A stretch of DNA of 64,000 nucleotides from a candidate division FCPU426 bacterium (GCA_963840035.1 CAWIXE010000001.1:192001-256000), one strand, 5' to 3'; shown: positions 1-9,936, counted from the stretch's first letter. Numbers and translations are program-made. The notes: a model not told the origin generated them from the sequence alone.

Positions 1-160
1 AACTTCTGTTGGTCCCTGACAAAGAAATACCACATGCCGCTTAAAAAGTCAAATCGCCGGTAAGATATTAAAAAAGCGGCGCATGATCCGCGCCCGATTG
101 CGGGCAAATAAAAAAACCGGATATTGTCAAGAATTGTGTGTAAATTGTTTTGTTCGTTTT

Positions 161-249
161 TCCCTCTCCCCTTGGGAGAGGGTAGGGTGAGGGGAATAAG
201 ACAATTGGTTTCACCTCACCCCAGCCCCTCTCCTAAGAGGAGAGGGGGG
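161..249. repeat. Pair of CCCTCTCC..GGAGAGGG REP-like hairpins
   Basis: tccctctccccttgggagagggtagggtgaggg and the inverted partner cacctcaccccagcccctctcctaagaggagagggg; related copies at about 37428-37468 and 40643-40680. Confidence 0.7.
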
Positions 250-443
250 AGCAGTGGTAGAAGAAAATTAACACGTTTAATATAAGCAAATATGAATTTA
301 CACACGATTATATACAATAACAAAAACCGGATTTCTTGCGTTTTCATATTTTATGATGTAATATTACTGCTGTAAGGGACGCCTAAAACTTCCAGCCTCC
401 GGCCGCGGCCATTTTGTCCCTATCCTAATTATCGGGGGTTATC

Positions 444-1307
444 ATGGAACAAAACGCAAAGACAGTGCTCGTATTGGGCGCCACCGGGCACCAGGGCGGC
501 GCTGTGGCGCGGGAATTATTGTCAAAAGGCTTCAGGGTAAAGGCGGTCACGCGCAAGCCGGGCTCTGATGCGGCCAGGGAGCTTTCAAAACTCGGCGCGC
601 ACGTTGTCAACGCCGACATTTCAAACTCGATGACCATGAGCGAAGCTCTGGCCGGCGCATGGGGCGTCTTCGCGGCCTTTACCATGGCTGAATCCGGTGT
701 ACAGTGGGAAAAGGAACAGGGCATAAAGTTTGCCGAGGACGCGAAAAAAGAGGGGGTTGAGCACTTCGTCTACTCCTCAGTCTCCTCCGCCGACAAGGCC
801 ACCGGAATACCTCATTTTGAGTCCAAGCGCGCCATTGAGGAAAAAGTAAAACGCCTCCGGTTCTCCTTTACCACCATCATAAGGCCTGTCTCCTTCATGG
901 AAAACATCCTCTCCCCGATGTCCCTTCCCGCTCTGAAAAAAGGAATGCTCATGATGGGGATAGACACCGCAAGGAAGCAGCAGGTAATCTCGGTGGAGGA
1001 CATAGGAAAATTCGGCGCGCTCCCTTTCCTGGAGCCCGGAAAAACAAACCGCCGGGAAATAGACATAGCCGGCGACGAGCTCTCGCCCGATGAGATGGCT
1101 GGAATATTATCGAAGATAAAAGGAAAACCCATAAAGGCAGTGCCCGTACACATAGAAGAAATCAGGAAAGCCATGCCGGACTTTGCCATGATGATGGAGT
1201 GGATAAATAGTACTGGCTACAGCGTGGACATAAAGGCGTTAACGGAGGAATACGGCATCAAACCCTTAACGTTTGAGGAATGGGCTTTAAAGACAATTGT
1301 CAATTGA
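444..1307 (+). CDS. NmrA/HSCARG-family NAD(P)-binding protein
   Basis: N-terminal VLVLGATGHQGG Rossmann motif, HFVYSS, PHFESK, RPVSFMEN; 287 aa. Confidence 0.9.
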   Translation: MEQNAKTVLVLGATGHQGGAVARELLSKGFRVKAVTRKPGSDAARELSKLGAHVVNADISNSMTMSEALAGAWGVFAAFTMAESGVQWEKEQGIKFAEDAKKEGVEHFVYSSVSSADKATGIPHFESKRAIEEKVKRLRFSFTTIIRPVSFMENILSPMSLPALKKGMLMMGIDTARKQQVISVEDIGKFGALPFLEPGKTNRREIDIAGDELSPDEMAGILSKIKGKPIKAVPVHIEEIRKAMPDFAMMMEWINSTGYSVDIKALTEEYGIKPLTFEEWALKTIVN

Positions 1308-1315
1308 CAACAGCT

Positions 1316-2425
1316 TTAAGGCCCTAAAAATATATCGTCCACAAACCACCCGGGGAATCCGTTATTATACCTGTCCACCGTGTCAAAGACAAACCTGAAA
1401 CGCGCGTTTAAGCCTTCGAACTGCGGCGGGATTGGGATGGCCGCGTTGTACCATACCTGTTCTGTCCCGAAAAGTTCCGTTAACTGCGCCCAGTTTGGCG
1501 AGCCTTCGGCTGATATGAATATTTTTCTTGTGTCGTATCCGGCGAGGTTTTCAGTGTGCTCATAGCTCCAGAAATAAAGTTTATCCCCTGTGTTTATGTG
1601 GAAGTAGGCTGTGATAAACTCCCCCCTGTTTGCCGCGCCCGTGTCATATGTCCCTTTCGCTCCATCCGCGTACCACATCATCGTGGCTGACACTCCCGCG
1701 TTCGCGTATCCGGCTGGGACGTTTAAGTCAGTGTCATTTACGGCGTGCCACAGGTCCGCGCCAAGGTTTGGAAGCGGCGTGACCGTGGATGTGGGTGTGG
1801 CTGTGACATACATGGTTTCCGTGAATGTGGGGGTTATGGTTTCTATGGGCGTGTCCGTGACATAGGGCGAGGCAGTATGTGTCATGGTTATGGTCGGGGA
1901 AGCGGTCGGCGTATAAGGGGCTCCCTGCCTGACGCTTATTTTGTAGCCTGTCTTTTCCCCGTAAATCCTTTTGCAGTCATACTGCTGCACGCGCACGAAA
2001 TAAACGCCGTCAGCCGGGCATACCCAGATAATCCTGCTGGCCCGCGCTTCAGTGCCGCCGTCATCGTCGGTAATAATCACATTAACCCCGCCCGTGTCGA
2101 TTAAGTACATGTATGTGTCTGCCCCGGACTCGAGGTTCGTGGTTTCTATGTCGTACTGCATGTCAGCGGCCGCGGTAAATGTGACATAGTCATAATCGCA
2201 TGGGTCGTAGAGGTTGTGGTATTGTTTTGTCCCGTCAACGGAAATGGCCTTGGCGGCCGCAGGGTTATTATCCGGCTCAAACAAATCAGGCGTGGCAATA
2301 ACGCCGGGAATTAAGGGGGTTGAAGGCGATTTTTGTTTGCACCCGTCAGCTGCCGCGAGTATAAAAAACGCGGCCAGCGCCATAAGCCATATGTTAAATT
2401 TTAAAGGTGTGTGTTTAAGATTCAT
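1316..2425 (-). CDS. Lipoprotein with PPC-like domain, Thr-rich linker and C-terminal jelly-roll domain
   Basis: Signal peptide ending AAADGC; DYDYVTF..DTYMYL..DDDGG..GVYFVRV (PPC-like); TPT linker; ARFRFVFD..GWFVDDI. Confidence 0.65.
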   Translation of the reverse strand: MNLKHTPLKFNIWLMALAAFFILAAADGCKQKSPSTPLIPGVIATPDLFEPDNNPAAAKAISVDGTKQYHNLYDPCDYDYVTFTAAADMQYDIETTNLESGADTYMYLIDTGGVNVIITDDDGGTEARASRIIWVCPADGVYFVRVQQYDCKRIYGEKTGYKISVRQGAPYTPTASPTITMTHTASPYVTDTPIETITPTFTETMYVTATPTSTVTPLPNLGADLWHAVNDTDLNVPAGYANAGVSATMMWYADGAKGTYDTGAANRGEFITAYFHINTGDKLYFWSYEHTENLAGYDTRKIFISAEGSPNWAQLTELFGTEQVWYNAAIPIPPQFEGLNARFRFVFDTVDRYNNGFPGWFVDDIFLGP

Positions 2426-2456
2426 AAGGTTTGTTTGCAGTATTGTTTTCTACGCC

Positions 2457-2562
2457 GGTAGCCGCAACCTTCAGGTTGCGTAAGGCAGGCTTTGCACTGC
2501 CAGCCGTTATGGACAACAAAGAAGAAAATCCATCCCTGCGCAGCCTAAAGGCTGCGGCTACC
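2457..2562. repeat. REPIN of the GTAGCCGCA family (empty allele)
   Basis: ggtagccgcaaccttcaggttgcg ... cgcagcctaaaggctgcggctacc inverted pair. Confidence 0.75.
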
Positions 2563-2573
2563 AATGCCAACTT

Positions 2574-3161
2574 TTATTTCGCCGGGGGAGGCGGGCAGAA
2601 GATACCCGCTTCCGGGGAATTCAGAACGACAGTCTCTCCGTCGTCTTTTGTTATGATAACGTGCGTCTGGTCCAACCCTGAGCATGTTTCCATGGGCGGC
2701 GTATATGTCCACTCCATGGATTTTGAGCAGCCCGCTTTTATATCCACTGACCACTGCGCGTCCGCGTCGCCGGGTAAAGGCTCTCCCTTTGTGAATTCAG
2801 CTTCGCGCGGGTAAGGATACCACCACCTCTCGCATACGCCTGATTCATAATACTCATGGACAGCCTTAACAGTCAGCCCGTTAAAATCAGAGTGCGAAGT
2901 ATTTTTTATGGTAAGTTTGCATGTCAAAGGCATGTTTATGTAATACCCCGGATATCCTTCCTCTGTATAAAAGAAAGGGTCAAAGTAGGTCACAGTAACT
3001 TTTAAAGCTGATAAAGTCTTGCCCGTGCCGCCGCCGTCATCGCTGCAATCCAGTGTAACAGCCCCCGACTCAGAAGGCCCGGCAAAGCGCGTCTTGGTGC
3101 AGCCAAAGGCGAATAATAAGGCAATAACAAGGAAAGAGATTAAAACCAGTTTTTTATGCAT
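2574..3161 (-). CDS. Hypothetical lipoprotein
   Basis: Likely start MHKKLVL with lipobox LFAFGC; several Cys; the ORF track extends the start to 3221. Confidence 0.6.
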   Translation of the reverse strand: MHKKLVLISFLVIALLFAFGCTKTRFAGPSESGAVTLDCSDDGGGTGKTLSALKVTVTYFDPFFYTEEGYPGYYINMPLTCKLTIKNTSHSDFNGLTVKAVHEYYESGVCERWWYPYPREAEFTKGEPLPGDADAQWSVDIKAGCSKSMEWTYTPPMETCSGLDQTHVIITKDDGETVVLNSPEAGIFCPPPPAK

Positions 3162-3302
3162 GTCCAAAAACCCCCGTTTATTTGATAATAATTGGACAAA
3201 TAAAAGGTGAAAAAGTTTCATTTATTTGCCGTAATGTAATGATATAACACGTTTTTGCCTAAGTCAAGTTGAAAGCTCTGTCAATATGATATTTTGACTT
3301 TC

Positions 3303-3531
3303 GTAGTCGCAGGCCTGCGTCCCACCGGCATATGTCATGAGCTCAATAATATTCTCATGCCATATACTTGTCGAATGGCCTGCGCCTACATAAGGCATTC
3401 CCAACCTCAAACCTCCGACAGCCCCTCGAGGGTGTCAATGGTAAGCCCGCAGGCAATCTTCAAATAGGCGCACCCCGGTGAAACGAATCCGTCTTCGCTA
3501 AAGCTATGACGGACATATGGGGGTGCGACTA
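3303..3531. repeat. GTAGTCGCA-family REPIN carrying two micro-inserts
   Basis: gtagtcgcaggcc...ggggtgcgacta; homologous copies at 8799, 16212, 19070, 20629 and 22128, partial copies at about 6461 and 26489. Confidence 0.85.
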
Positions 3532-3539
3532 AAAAACCA

Positions 3540-3884
3540 TTACCCGAAATAGGCGTGGCCAGCTGTGAGCAGGGTTATTATCAGGAATATTGACAGCGCG
3601 GCGAGGGTTTCGCGGCTTAAGCCCGTTAATTTAAGGGCCCCTTTTTTAATGTGGCTGATTAACGTCTGCCAGTTGTATTTTATGTGCAGGACCGCTGTTA
3701 TGAGGAATAATACCGCGAATATGTTGTGGGCGCCCATCCACAGGTGGATGCCGAAAGCGTCGGAGGTTTCCCTGGCCTTGTGCATGAAAAGCCCTGTGAA
3801 CGGAAGTGTTAAGAACGCGAACGCCGATAGTATGGATATGAATCCCCTTTTGTTAAAAACTGTTTTAACCGAATTATTTTCCAT
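3540..3884 (-). CDS. DUF4405-like small membrane protein (possible heme b binding)
   Basis: Three TM segments, TG..H(x)nH..NW pattern; overlaps the marR stop. Confidence 0.7.
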   Translation of the reverse strand: MENNSVKTVFNKRGFISILSAFAFLTLPFTGLFMHKARETSDAFGIHLWMGAHNIFAVLFLITAVLHIKYNWQTLISHIKKGALKLTGLSRETLAALSIFLIITLLTAGHAYFG

Positions 3885-4356
3885 TTTTGCCTCCCCGGCC
3901 GTATTTCATGAATTCGTCCCTTACTTTCCGGAGCACCTTAACAGCTGTCATGATATCGGCCTTACCTAGGCCGCGCTCAAGTTTTTTTTCAAAATCATGC
4001 ACCTGCGAATGCGCAGCCTTAAGCCTGGCCATACCGGCCGCGGTCAAAGTCAGCCTCGACTCCCGCCTGTCCGCCCCTTTTTTGCGCGCTACATACCCGG
4101 CCTTCTCAAGTTTCTGCACCATCCTGGTAACCGCTGCCGCGTCAATGCCCAGCTGCAAAGCAATCCCCATAACCCCTGCCTGGCCATAACCGGAAGCGGC
4201 GATGGCGCGCAGCACCACAAGCGAAGACCCGGAAATACCGAAATTCCCGCCGAAGGTTTGTATGATTTTTTGCGTGGTGAGCATGAGTTCCTTCATAAGG
4301 TGGGTTTCATTGCCGCTGTGGCGGAAAGCCGGCTTTATGTCATGTTTTTTTGCCAT
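3874..4356 (-). CDS. MarR-family transcriptional regulator
   Basis: IDAAAVTRMVQKLEKAGYV..DRR..LTAAG winged-HTH motifs. Confidence 0.9.
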   Translation of the reverse strand: MAKKHDIKPAFRHSGNETHLMKELMLTTQKIIQTFGGNFGISGSSLVVLRAIAASGYGQAGVMGIALQLGIDAAAVTRMVQKLEKAGYVARKKGADRRESRLTLTAAGMARLKAAHSQVHDFEKKLERGLGKADIMTAVKVLRKVRDEFMKYGRGGKNGK

Positions 4357-4362
4357 GCGAAA

Positions 4363-4400
4363 ACTATATCAATAATACTTGACTATGTCAAGTATTATTG
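4363..4400 (-). promoter_or_regulatory. Sigma70 promoter overlapped by a perfect 14-bp inverted-repeat operator; probably leaderless marR mRNA
   Basis: Minus strand TTGACA-17 nt-TATAGT-6 nt-ATG; caataatacttgac-tat-gtcaagtattattg at 4370-4400. Confidence 0.8.
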
Positions 4401-4424
4401 CCGGCCGCGGATGGAGCTGCATAG

Positions 4425-5820
4425 GTGGCGTCTCTACGGTTTTTGGTTAGAATTGTAATTCGTAGAGACGGGACCCGTGCCCGTCTCAATGCAGGACCCT
4501 GCCCTGAGACGCCCACGAGGGGCGTCTCTACGGTGTTTTGTTTGGTAAGAATTGTATTTCGTAGAGACGGGCCTCGTGCCCGTCTCAGCCAAGCCCTGCA
4601 CTGAGACGCCCACGAGGGGCGTCTCTACGATGTTTTGGTAAGGATTGTAATTCGTAGAGACGGGCCTCGTGCCCGTCTCAATGCAGGACCCTGCCCTGAG
4701 ACGCCCACGAGGGGCGTCTCTACGGTGTTTTGTTTGGTAAGAATTGTATTTCGTAGAGACGGGCCTCGTGCCCGTCTCAATGCAGGCCCTGCCCTGAGAC
4801 GCCCACGAGGGGCGTCTCTACGGTGTTTTGTTTGGTAAGAATTGTATTTCGTAGAGACGGGCCTCGTGCCCGTCTCAGCCAAGCCCTGCACTGAGACGCC
4901 CACGAGGGGCGTCTCTACGATGTTTTGGTAAGGATTGTAATTCGTAGAGACGGGCCTCGTGCCCGTCTCAATGCAGGACCCTGCCCTGAGACGCCCACGA
5001 GGGGCGTCTCTACGGTGTTTTGTTTGGTAAGAATTGTATTTCGTAGAGACGGGCCTCGTGCCCGTCTCAATGCAGGGCCTGCCCTGAGACGCCCACAGGT
5101 GGCGTCTCTACGGTGTTTTGTTTGGTAAGAATTGTATTTCGTAGAGACGGGCCTCGTGCCCGTCTCAATGCAGGCCCTGCCCTGAGACGCCCACGAGGGG
5201 CGTCTCTACGGTGTTTTGTTTGGTAAGAATTGTATTTCGTAGAGACGGGCCTCGTGCCCGTCTCAATGCAGGCCCTGCCCTGAGACGCCCACGAGGGGCG
5301 TCTCTACGGTGTTTTGTTTGGTAAGAATTGTATTTCGTAGAGACGGGCCTCGTGCCCGTCTCAGCCAAGCCCTGCACTGAGACGCCCACGAGGGGCGTCT
5401 CTACGATGTTTTGGTAAGGATTGTAATTCGTAGAGACGGGCCTCGTGCCCGTCTCAATGCAGGACCCTGCCCTGAGACGCCCACGAGGGGCGTCTCTACG
5501 GTGTTTTGTTTGGTAAGAATTGTAATTCGTAGAGACGGGCCTCGTGCCCGTCTCAATGCAGGGCCTGCCCTGAGACGCCCACAGGTGGCGTCTCTACGGT
5601 GTTTTGTTTGGTAAGAATTGTATTTCGTAGAGACGGGCCTCGTGCCCGTCTCAATGCAGGCCCTGCCCTGAGACGCCCACGAGGGGCGTCTCTACGGTGT
5701 TTTGTTTGGTAAGAATTGTATTTCGTAGAGACGGGCCTCGTGCCCGTCTCAGCCGGGCCCTGCCCTGAGACGCCCACGAGCCGTGCCATGAACCCTTGTG
5801 TTTCATGGGGGCGTCTCTAC
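4425..5820. repeat. Tandem array of 14 REPIN units (93-99 bp) of the GTAGAGACG family
   Basis: gtagagacggg starts at 4462, 4561, 4654, 4753, 4851, 4944, 5043, 5141, 5239, 5337, 5430, 5529, 5627 and 5725; each unit has two hairpins. Confidence 0.95.
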
Positions 5821-5874
5821 GGTTTTATTTTTGGCAAGGAACGAAGGGGCGCGGCTGCAAAAACACTGCCGGCA

Positions 5875-6306
5875 TTAATACCTACCCTTCACCTTCACAT
5901 GTTCCAGAATCCCGTTCTTCCCCGCCTCGCCTTCATATATCCTGAAAACCATGTCAAATCCCTCAAATTTCAAATTAACGCACCTGAAGAAAAAATATGT
6001 CCCCATTTCCGCCGTAATGTTTTTCCACGGGATGAATAGCGGTTTATGGAAAGGCCGGAAAATAAAGAACAGGGATAAATACAGCCCTTCGCTGTCGGTT
6101 GATATCATCACGCAGGTGTTATAGTGCGCCATACCCACGCCAAGGAATGAAAGCAGTTTTGTCCTTCCTGTGCTGTGCTTATCCCCGGGCCTGGCGTATT
6201 TTTCCGCCAGCGCCATCCACCCGAATACAAGCGCGGTAAGGTAAAGCGCCAGGAACCACATGGGGATGAAAAGAAAGGGTATAAACAACGCTAACTTTTC
6301 CGGCAT
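5875..6306 (-). CDS. Hypothetical membrane-anchored protein
   Basis: N-terminal TM helix, FHKPLFIPWKNI motif; ggag RBS. Confidence 0.65.
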   Translation of the reverse strand: MPEKLALFIPFLFIPMWFLALYLTALVFGWMALAEKYARPGDKHSTGRTKLLSFLGVGMAHYNTCVMISTDSEGLYLSLFFIFRPFHKPLFIPWKNITAEMGTYFFFRCVNLKFEGFDMVFRIYEGEAGKNGILEHVKVKGRY

Positions 6307-6588
6307 GTGTTCTCCTTTTTATAACAAATTTCGGCCGTTATGTCCGCGCGCAAGCGTCAGCTTCCGCGTACTTGTTTATGTTTGCCATCATCATGCCCTG
6401 CAGAAACTCATCCGCCACATGGATAAAAAGCCAGCGATGGCGTGTCCATGGTTTGCCCGCAGGCAGTCCGTGAATAGGCGCACCCCGGTGAAGCGAATCC
6501 GTCTCCGCAAAAGCTTTGACGGACATAGGGGGTGCGACTACGAGATCGTCAAATATTTAATCATGACCCGTTTTTATTCTTTAGTCCC

Positions 6589-7992
6589 TTACAACACCAG
6601 TTTTAAACTCAGCCCAAACGTCGTCTTCTTATTTAAATAATCCTGTTCCCCGTATGATTCCTGCGTGTATGAACGCTCTGAATGTGACGCGCCTATATCC
6701 GCCTTTAGATTTCCCATGTTTATGCCCAGGCCCGCTGTCAGTTCGTATATGAAATTGTGGTGAAAATCCCTGGCATATTCCTGTATCCCGGGCCAGCTGC
6801 CTCCGGCGCGGACAGTCAGCCACGGCAGAACTTCCCACTCCGCTCCGCCGCGTATGCCCGCGTACCTTTTGTAAAGCCATGCGCCGTCCTGGAGGTGGCC
6901 GAATATTTCCACCGGCACCCTGATAAACCCGGCGTCATACGACGCGCCGGCCGCGATATCGGCAAAGTATTCTGTCGCTGGAAGCAGGACGTCAGATGTG
7001 TAATCCACCCCGCTGCCCTGCGCCATGAATCCCGCTGTAATATCCTTAGCCGGGAACACGCGGCATTTCAGGGAAGCGTTATAAGCGGTCCCTTTTTGGT
7101 ACATGTCCATTGACGGAAATACATCAGATGCCGTCCTGTAATCATAATTGAACCCAAAAACAGCCCCTCCTGAAATAGAAGCCTCTATTTCACCCTTCTT
7201 TATGTACTGCGCGCCGGCGTTTATGTTTACGCCTGAGCTTTCAAAACGGTAATTGATGTCCCCCGTGGGTCCGGATGATATGCCGCTGCCTGAAAACCCG
7301 TAATTGTTGAACGCTAAAAAGTTGGACGTGGCGTATGTATACTCTATCATGTCCGGAGCCCTTTTTGCCACGGCCTGCGGCACGGTATAACCGCCGGAAA
7401 CGGCGAAAGCCAGCCCGTTATCCATCTTAAAACCAGCGTCCACAAGCCACTCTAAATCCCTGATAGTGTCGGAGTGCTTTGTGAGGTAGTCGGAAGTATA
7501 TACGGTTGCCCCTGAAGTTTCATAAGCCCCCAGGTATTTGAACATGGCGCCCGCGGAAAATCCGCCGCCTATTACGCGCGAGTATTCAATCCGCGCCCCG
7601 CCCGTATTGCGTGACTCTACGCCGTCGAATAGCACGCTGAAAACATTCAGGTAAAATGGATGGATCATGAGGGCGTCTTCGGGGGAAAACCAGTGAAGGA
7701 TATAATTTCCGCGCTCGTCCGTTATGCCCGTGCCTGAAGTATAACCCCCAAAGAAAGTGGTATATAGCTGGTCATATGCCCCTGAAAGCGATACGACATC
7801 CGCCTTATCCCTGTAGCAAAGCAAAGAGGCAAACCCGTCAGAGTAAAGGTCGATAACGGATGTGGAATCCGGCATGGCTATGGATGTATTGCCAAGGGCC
7901 ATCATCCGCACGCCGCCTCCGTCCCATGATGATGAGAATAAGGATGAGGATAAGGTAAAAACAAAAAGCAAATAAAGAAGTCTTTTTTTCAT
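6589..7992 (-). CDS. Putative outer-membrane beta-barrel protein (FadL/PorV-like N-terminus)
   Basis: ggagg RBS then MKKRLL signal peptide; GVRMMALGNT motif; amphipathic beta-strands. Confidence 0.65.
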   Translation of the reverse strand: MKKRLLYLLFVFTLSSSLFSSSWDGGGVRMMALGNTSIAMPDSTSVIDLYSDGFASLLCYRDKADVVSLSGAYDQLYTTFFGGYTSGTGITDERGNYILHWFSPEDALMIHPFYLNVFSVLFDGVESRNTGGARIEYSRVIGGGFSAGAMFKYLGAYETSGATVYTSDYLTKHSDTIRDLEWLVDAGFKMDNGLAFAVSGGYTVPQAVAKRAPDMIEYTYATSNFLAFNNYGFSGSGISSGPTGDINYRFESSGVNINAGAQYIKKGEIEASISGGAVFGFNYDYRTASDVFPSMDMYQKGTAYNASLKCRVFPAKDITAGFMAQGSGVDYTSDVLLPATEYFADIAAGASYDAGFIRVPVEIFGHLQDGAWLYKRYAGIRGGAEWEVLPWLTVRAGGSWPGIQEYARDFHHNFIYELTAGLGINMGNLKADIGASHSERSYTQESYGEQDYLNKKTTFGLSLKLVL

Positions 7993-8097
7993 AGTCCCTC
8001 CAGGTTTATAAAACATTTTAAATCCCGACGTTGTCGGGCGGATATAATCCGCCCGCTGCAAAAACAGCTGCGACGAAACGTTTTTTTAATGTCGCCC

Positions 8098-8706
8098 TTA
8101 CAGCCGCACTCCTATGTTCTTCACTACATCCATCCCCGCAAGGCCCGGGTTTTCCCGCTTGAAATCAGCCATGTCCTGCGCTTCATTATCCTTGATCGTC
8201 AGCGAAGTCACCATGATTGTGTCCTTCATTCTGTCATAGGTGAGGTTTATGACGCACTTGCCCCAGTAATTAACCTTGCCCGGGGCGACCTTAAACGCGT
8301 GGCCGAAATTCATCCCTGTTTTATTTTCTTTCGAGTCCAGCCCCCAGAAAGTGAAGCCCGAACCGAATTCCAGCGTGAATGTCACGTATTTGCCCGCCGG
8401 GAGCGTGTAATATTTTTTTGTTTTAAGCATGCGCCATGACTTGGCCGCTGTAATCTTTTTGGAGCTCAGCGGAAACATGCTTATGGTTTCCTTTACAGCG
8501 TCGTTATACACCGAAAGGCTGCACACGTCCGCGTGAGAATCAAGAAATTCCCCGTTTGAGTACGTTTCATTTACCTCGATTGGAAACACCACAACGCCCT
8601 CATATTCCTCCAGCTCAGAAGCCGTCTTTACAAAAGCCCTGCCCCCGCACCCCGCAGAGACAACCACAAAAACAAAAACCAAAAACACTGCCAGTAATTT
8701 TTTCAT
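8098..8706 (-). CDS. Hypothetical lipoprotein
   Basis: MKKLLAVF..VSAGC lipobox; LPAGKY..F.VAPGKVNYWG motif. Confidence 0.65.
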   Translation of the reverse strand: MKKLLAVFLVFVFVVVSAGCGGRAFVKTASELEEYEGVVVFPIEVNETYSNGEFLDSHADVCSLSVYNDAVKETISMFPLSSKKITAAKSWRMLKTKKYYTLPAGKYVTFTLEFGSGFTFWGLDSKENKTGMNFGHAFKVAPGKVNYWGKCVINLTYDRMKDTIMVTSLTIKDNEAQDMADFKRENPGLAGMDVVKNIGVRL

Positions 8707-8798
8707 ATTCCCCCCTATATAATAATATTGCATAATTATGCCAAACCGGCGTTATAAGTCAATTCATTAAGGACTGACAGCGCAGCCGTCATGTTTCC

Positions 8799-8981
8799 GT
8801 AGTCGCAGGCCTGCGTCTCACCGGCCTGCGCCTACATGAGGCTGTCCTACACGCAAACTATCGACAGTTCACGCGAGGTTGCATCCATGGTTCGCGCGCT
8901 GTCAAACGTGGAATAGGCGCACCCCGATAAAACGAATCCGTCTTCGCTAAAGCTATGACGGACATATGGGGGTGCGACTAC
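8799..8981. repeat. GTAGTCGCA-family REPIN
   Basis: Homologous to 3303-3531 but lacks the 48-bp insert. Confidence 0.85.
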
Positions 8982-9006
8982 GAAACATAAACACAACATA
9001 CGCGCC

Positions 9007-9936
9007 TTATTTTTTTGCCTTTACCTGCGGTTTTACTTTCTTCTCCCCATACGCCTTAAATTCCTTAAACTCCGTGCTCTGCGACATGACCTTATATCCC
9101 AGCGTTACCACGCCCAACGCGAGCAGCAGGAGAAACGCTATCCATAGCGTCTTCCACAGCGACCACTCGAGCGCGTTAAAGAGCCTGGCTATTATGGTTA
9201 TCTTATTGCGGGATTCGCTTAAGGTGAAGTTCACGGTGCAGTAGTCTTTTCCCGCCTCAAATACATTTATGCCTGCCGAGAGCGACTCTATTTCCTTTCC
9301 TATCTCGTATATCTTGGTCTCCAGATTCATGAGCTCTTCTATCTTGCCGTCGCGTTTTTTCAGCTGGAGAAGCGAGTTCCTCGCGTCCATTAACGCGGTT
9401 TTCTTTGACTGCAGTTCCCTGTAGTCGCCTGTCTTGTCGGTTTTAACAACCGTGAAGCTGTTAAGTTTGCCGATTTTTTTAAGGGTTTCTATAAAAACGT
9501 CAAATGATTCCGGCGGCACGCCTATGGCCATCATGATGGAACGCGAGCCTTTTAACCCCGAGAGCTGCTCCCTCTGCGTCATGGCCTTAAAGTCAGTGAT
9601 GCTCTTGCGCAGGCTCGCCTCGTCTTTGTCAAAGTCATATGAGGTCCCGCTTAAAGTCCCGACCTTTTCATAAGCCTGTTCCAGCGCCCATATCTTGCCC
9701 GCGGTATCCTGCTGAACCTTGACCCTCGCGATATTCCTGGAAAAATAAGAACTCCCCATGGAATACTTGTCCACAGCCTGAGCCTCGCTGAAGAACTCGG
9801 CATTGGTGGTATTGCCATAGTAGTAGGCAGCCTGAGCCATGTCGGAATTGGTGGTCACAACGTAAGCAAGGCGCAAAAGCACAAGCACAGCGTAAACAAC
9901 AACAGTCAAAAGCAAAGCAGTCTTAAAGTTTTTCAT
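9007..9936 (-). CDS. DUF4349-domain protein
   Basis: N- and C-terminal TM helices; VPPESFDVFIETLKKIG..DKTGDY; coiled coil; ggagg RBS. Confidence 0.75.
   Translation of the reverse strand: MKNFKTALLLTVVVYAVLVLLRLAYVVTTNSDMAQAAYYYGNTTNAEFFSEAQAVDKYSMGSSYFSRNIARVKVQQDTAGKIWALEQAYEKVGTLSGTSYDFDKDEASLRKSITDFKAMTQREQLSGLKGSRSIMMAIGVPPESFDVFIETLKKIGKLNSFTVVKTDKTGDYRELQSKKTALMDARNSLLQLKKRDGKIEELMNLETKIYEIGKEIESLSAGINVFEAGKDYCTVNFTLSESRNKITIIARLFNALEWSLWKTLWIAFLLLLALGVVTLGYKVMSQSTEFKEFKAYGEKKVKPQVKAKK

Noticed and set aside
4425..5820. CRISPR array, and the short ORFs within the repeat
   Set aside because: Inter-repeat segments recur rather than being unique spacers, units are GTAG double hairpins, and no cas genes are present; the ORFs are repeat translations
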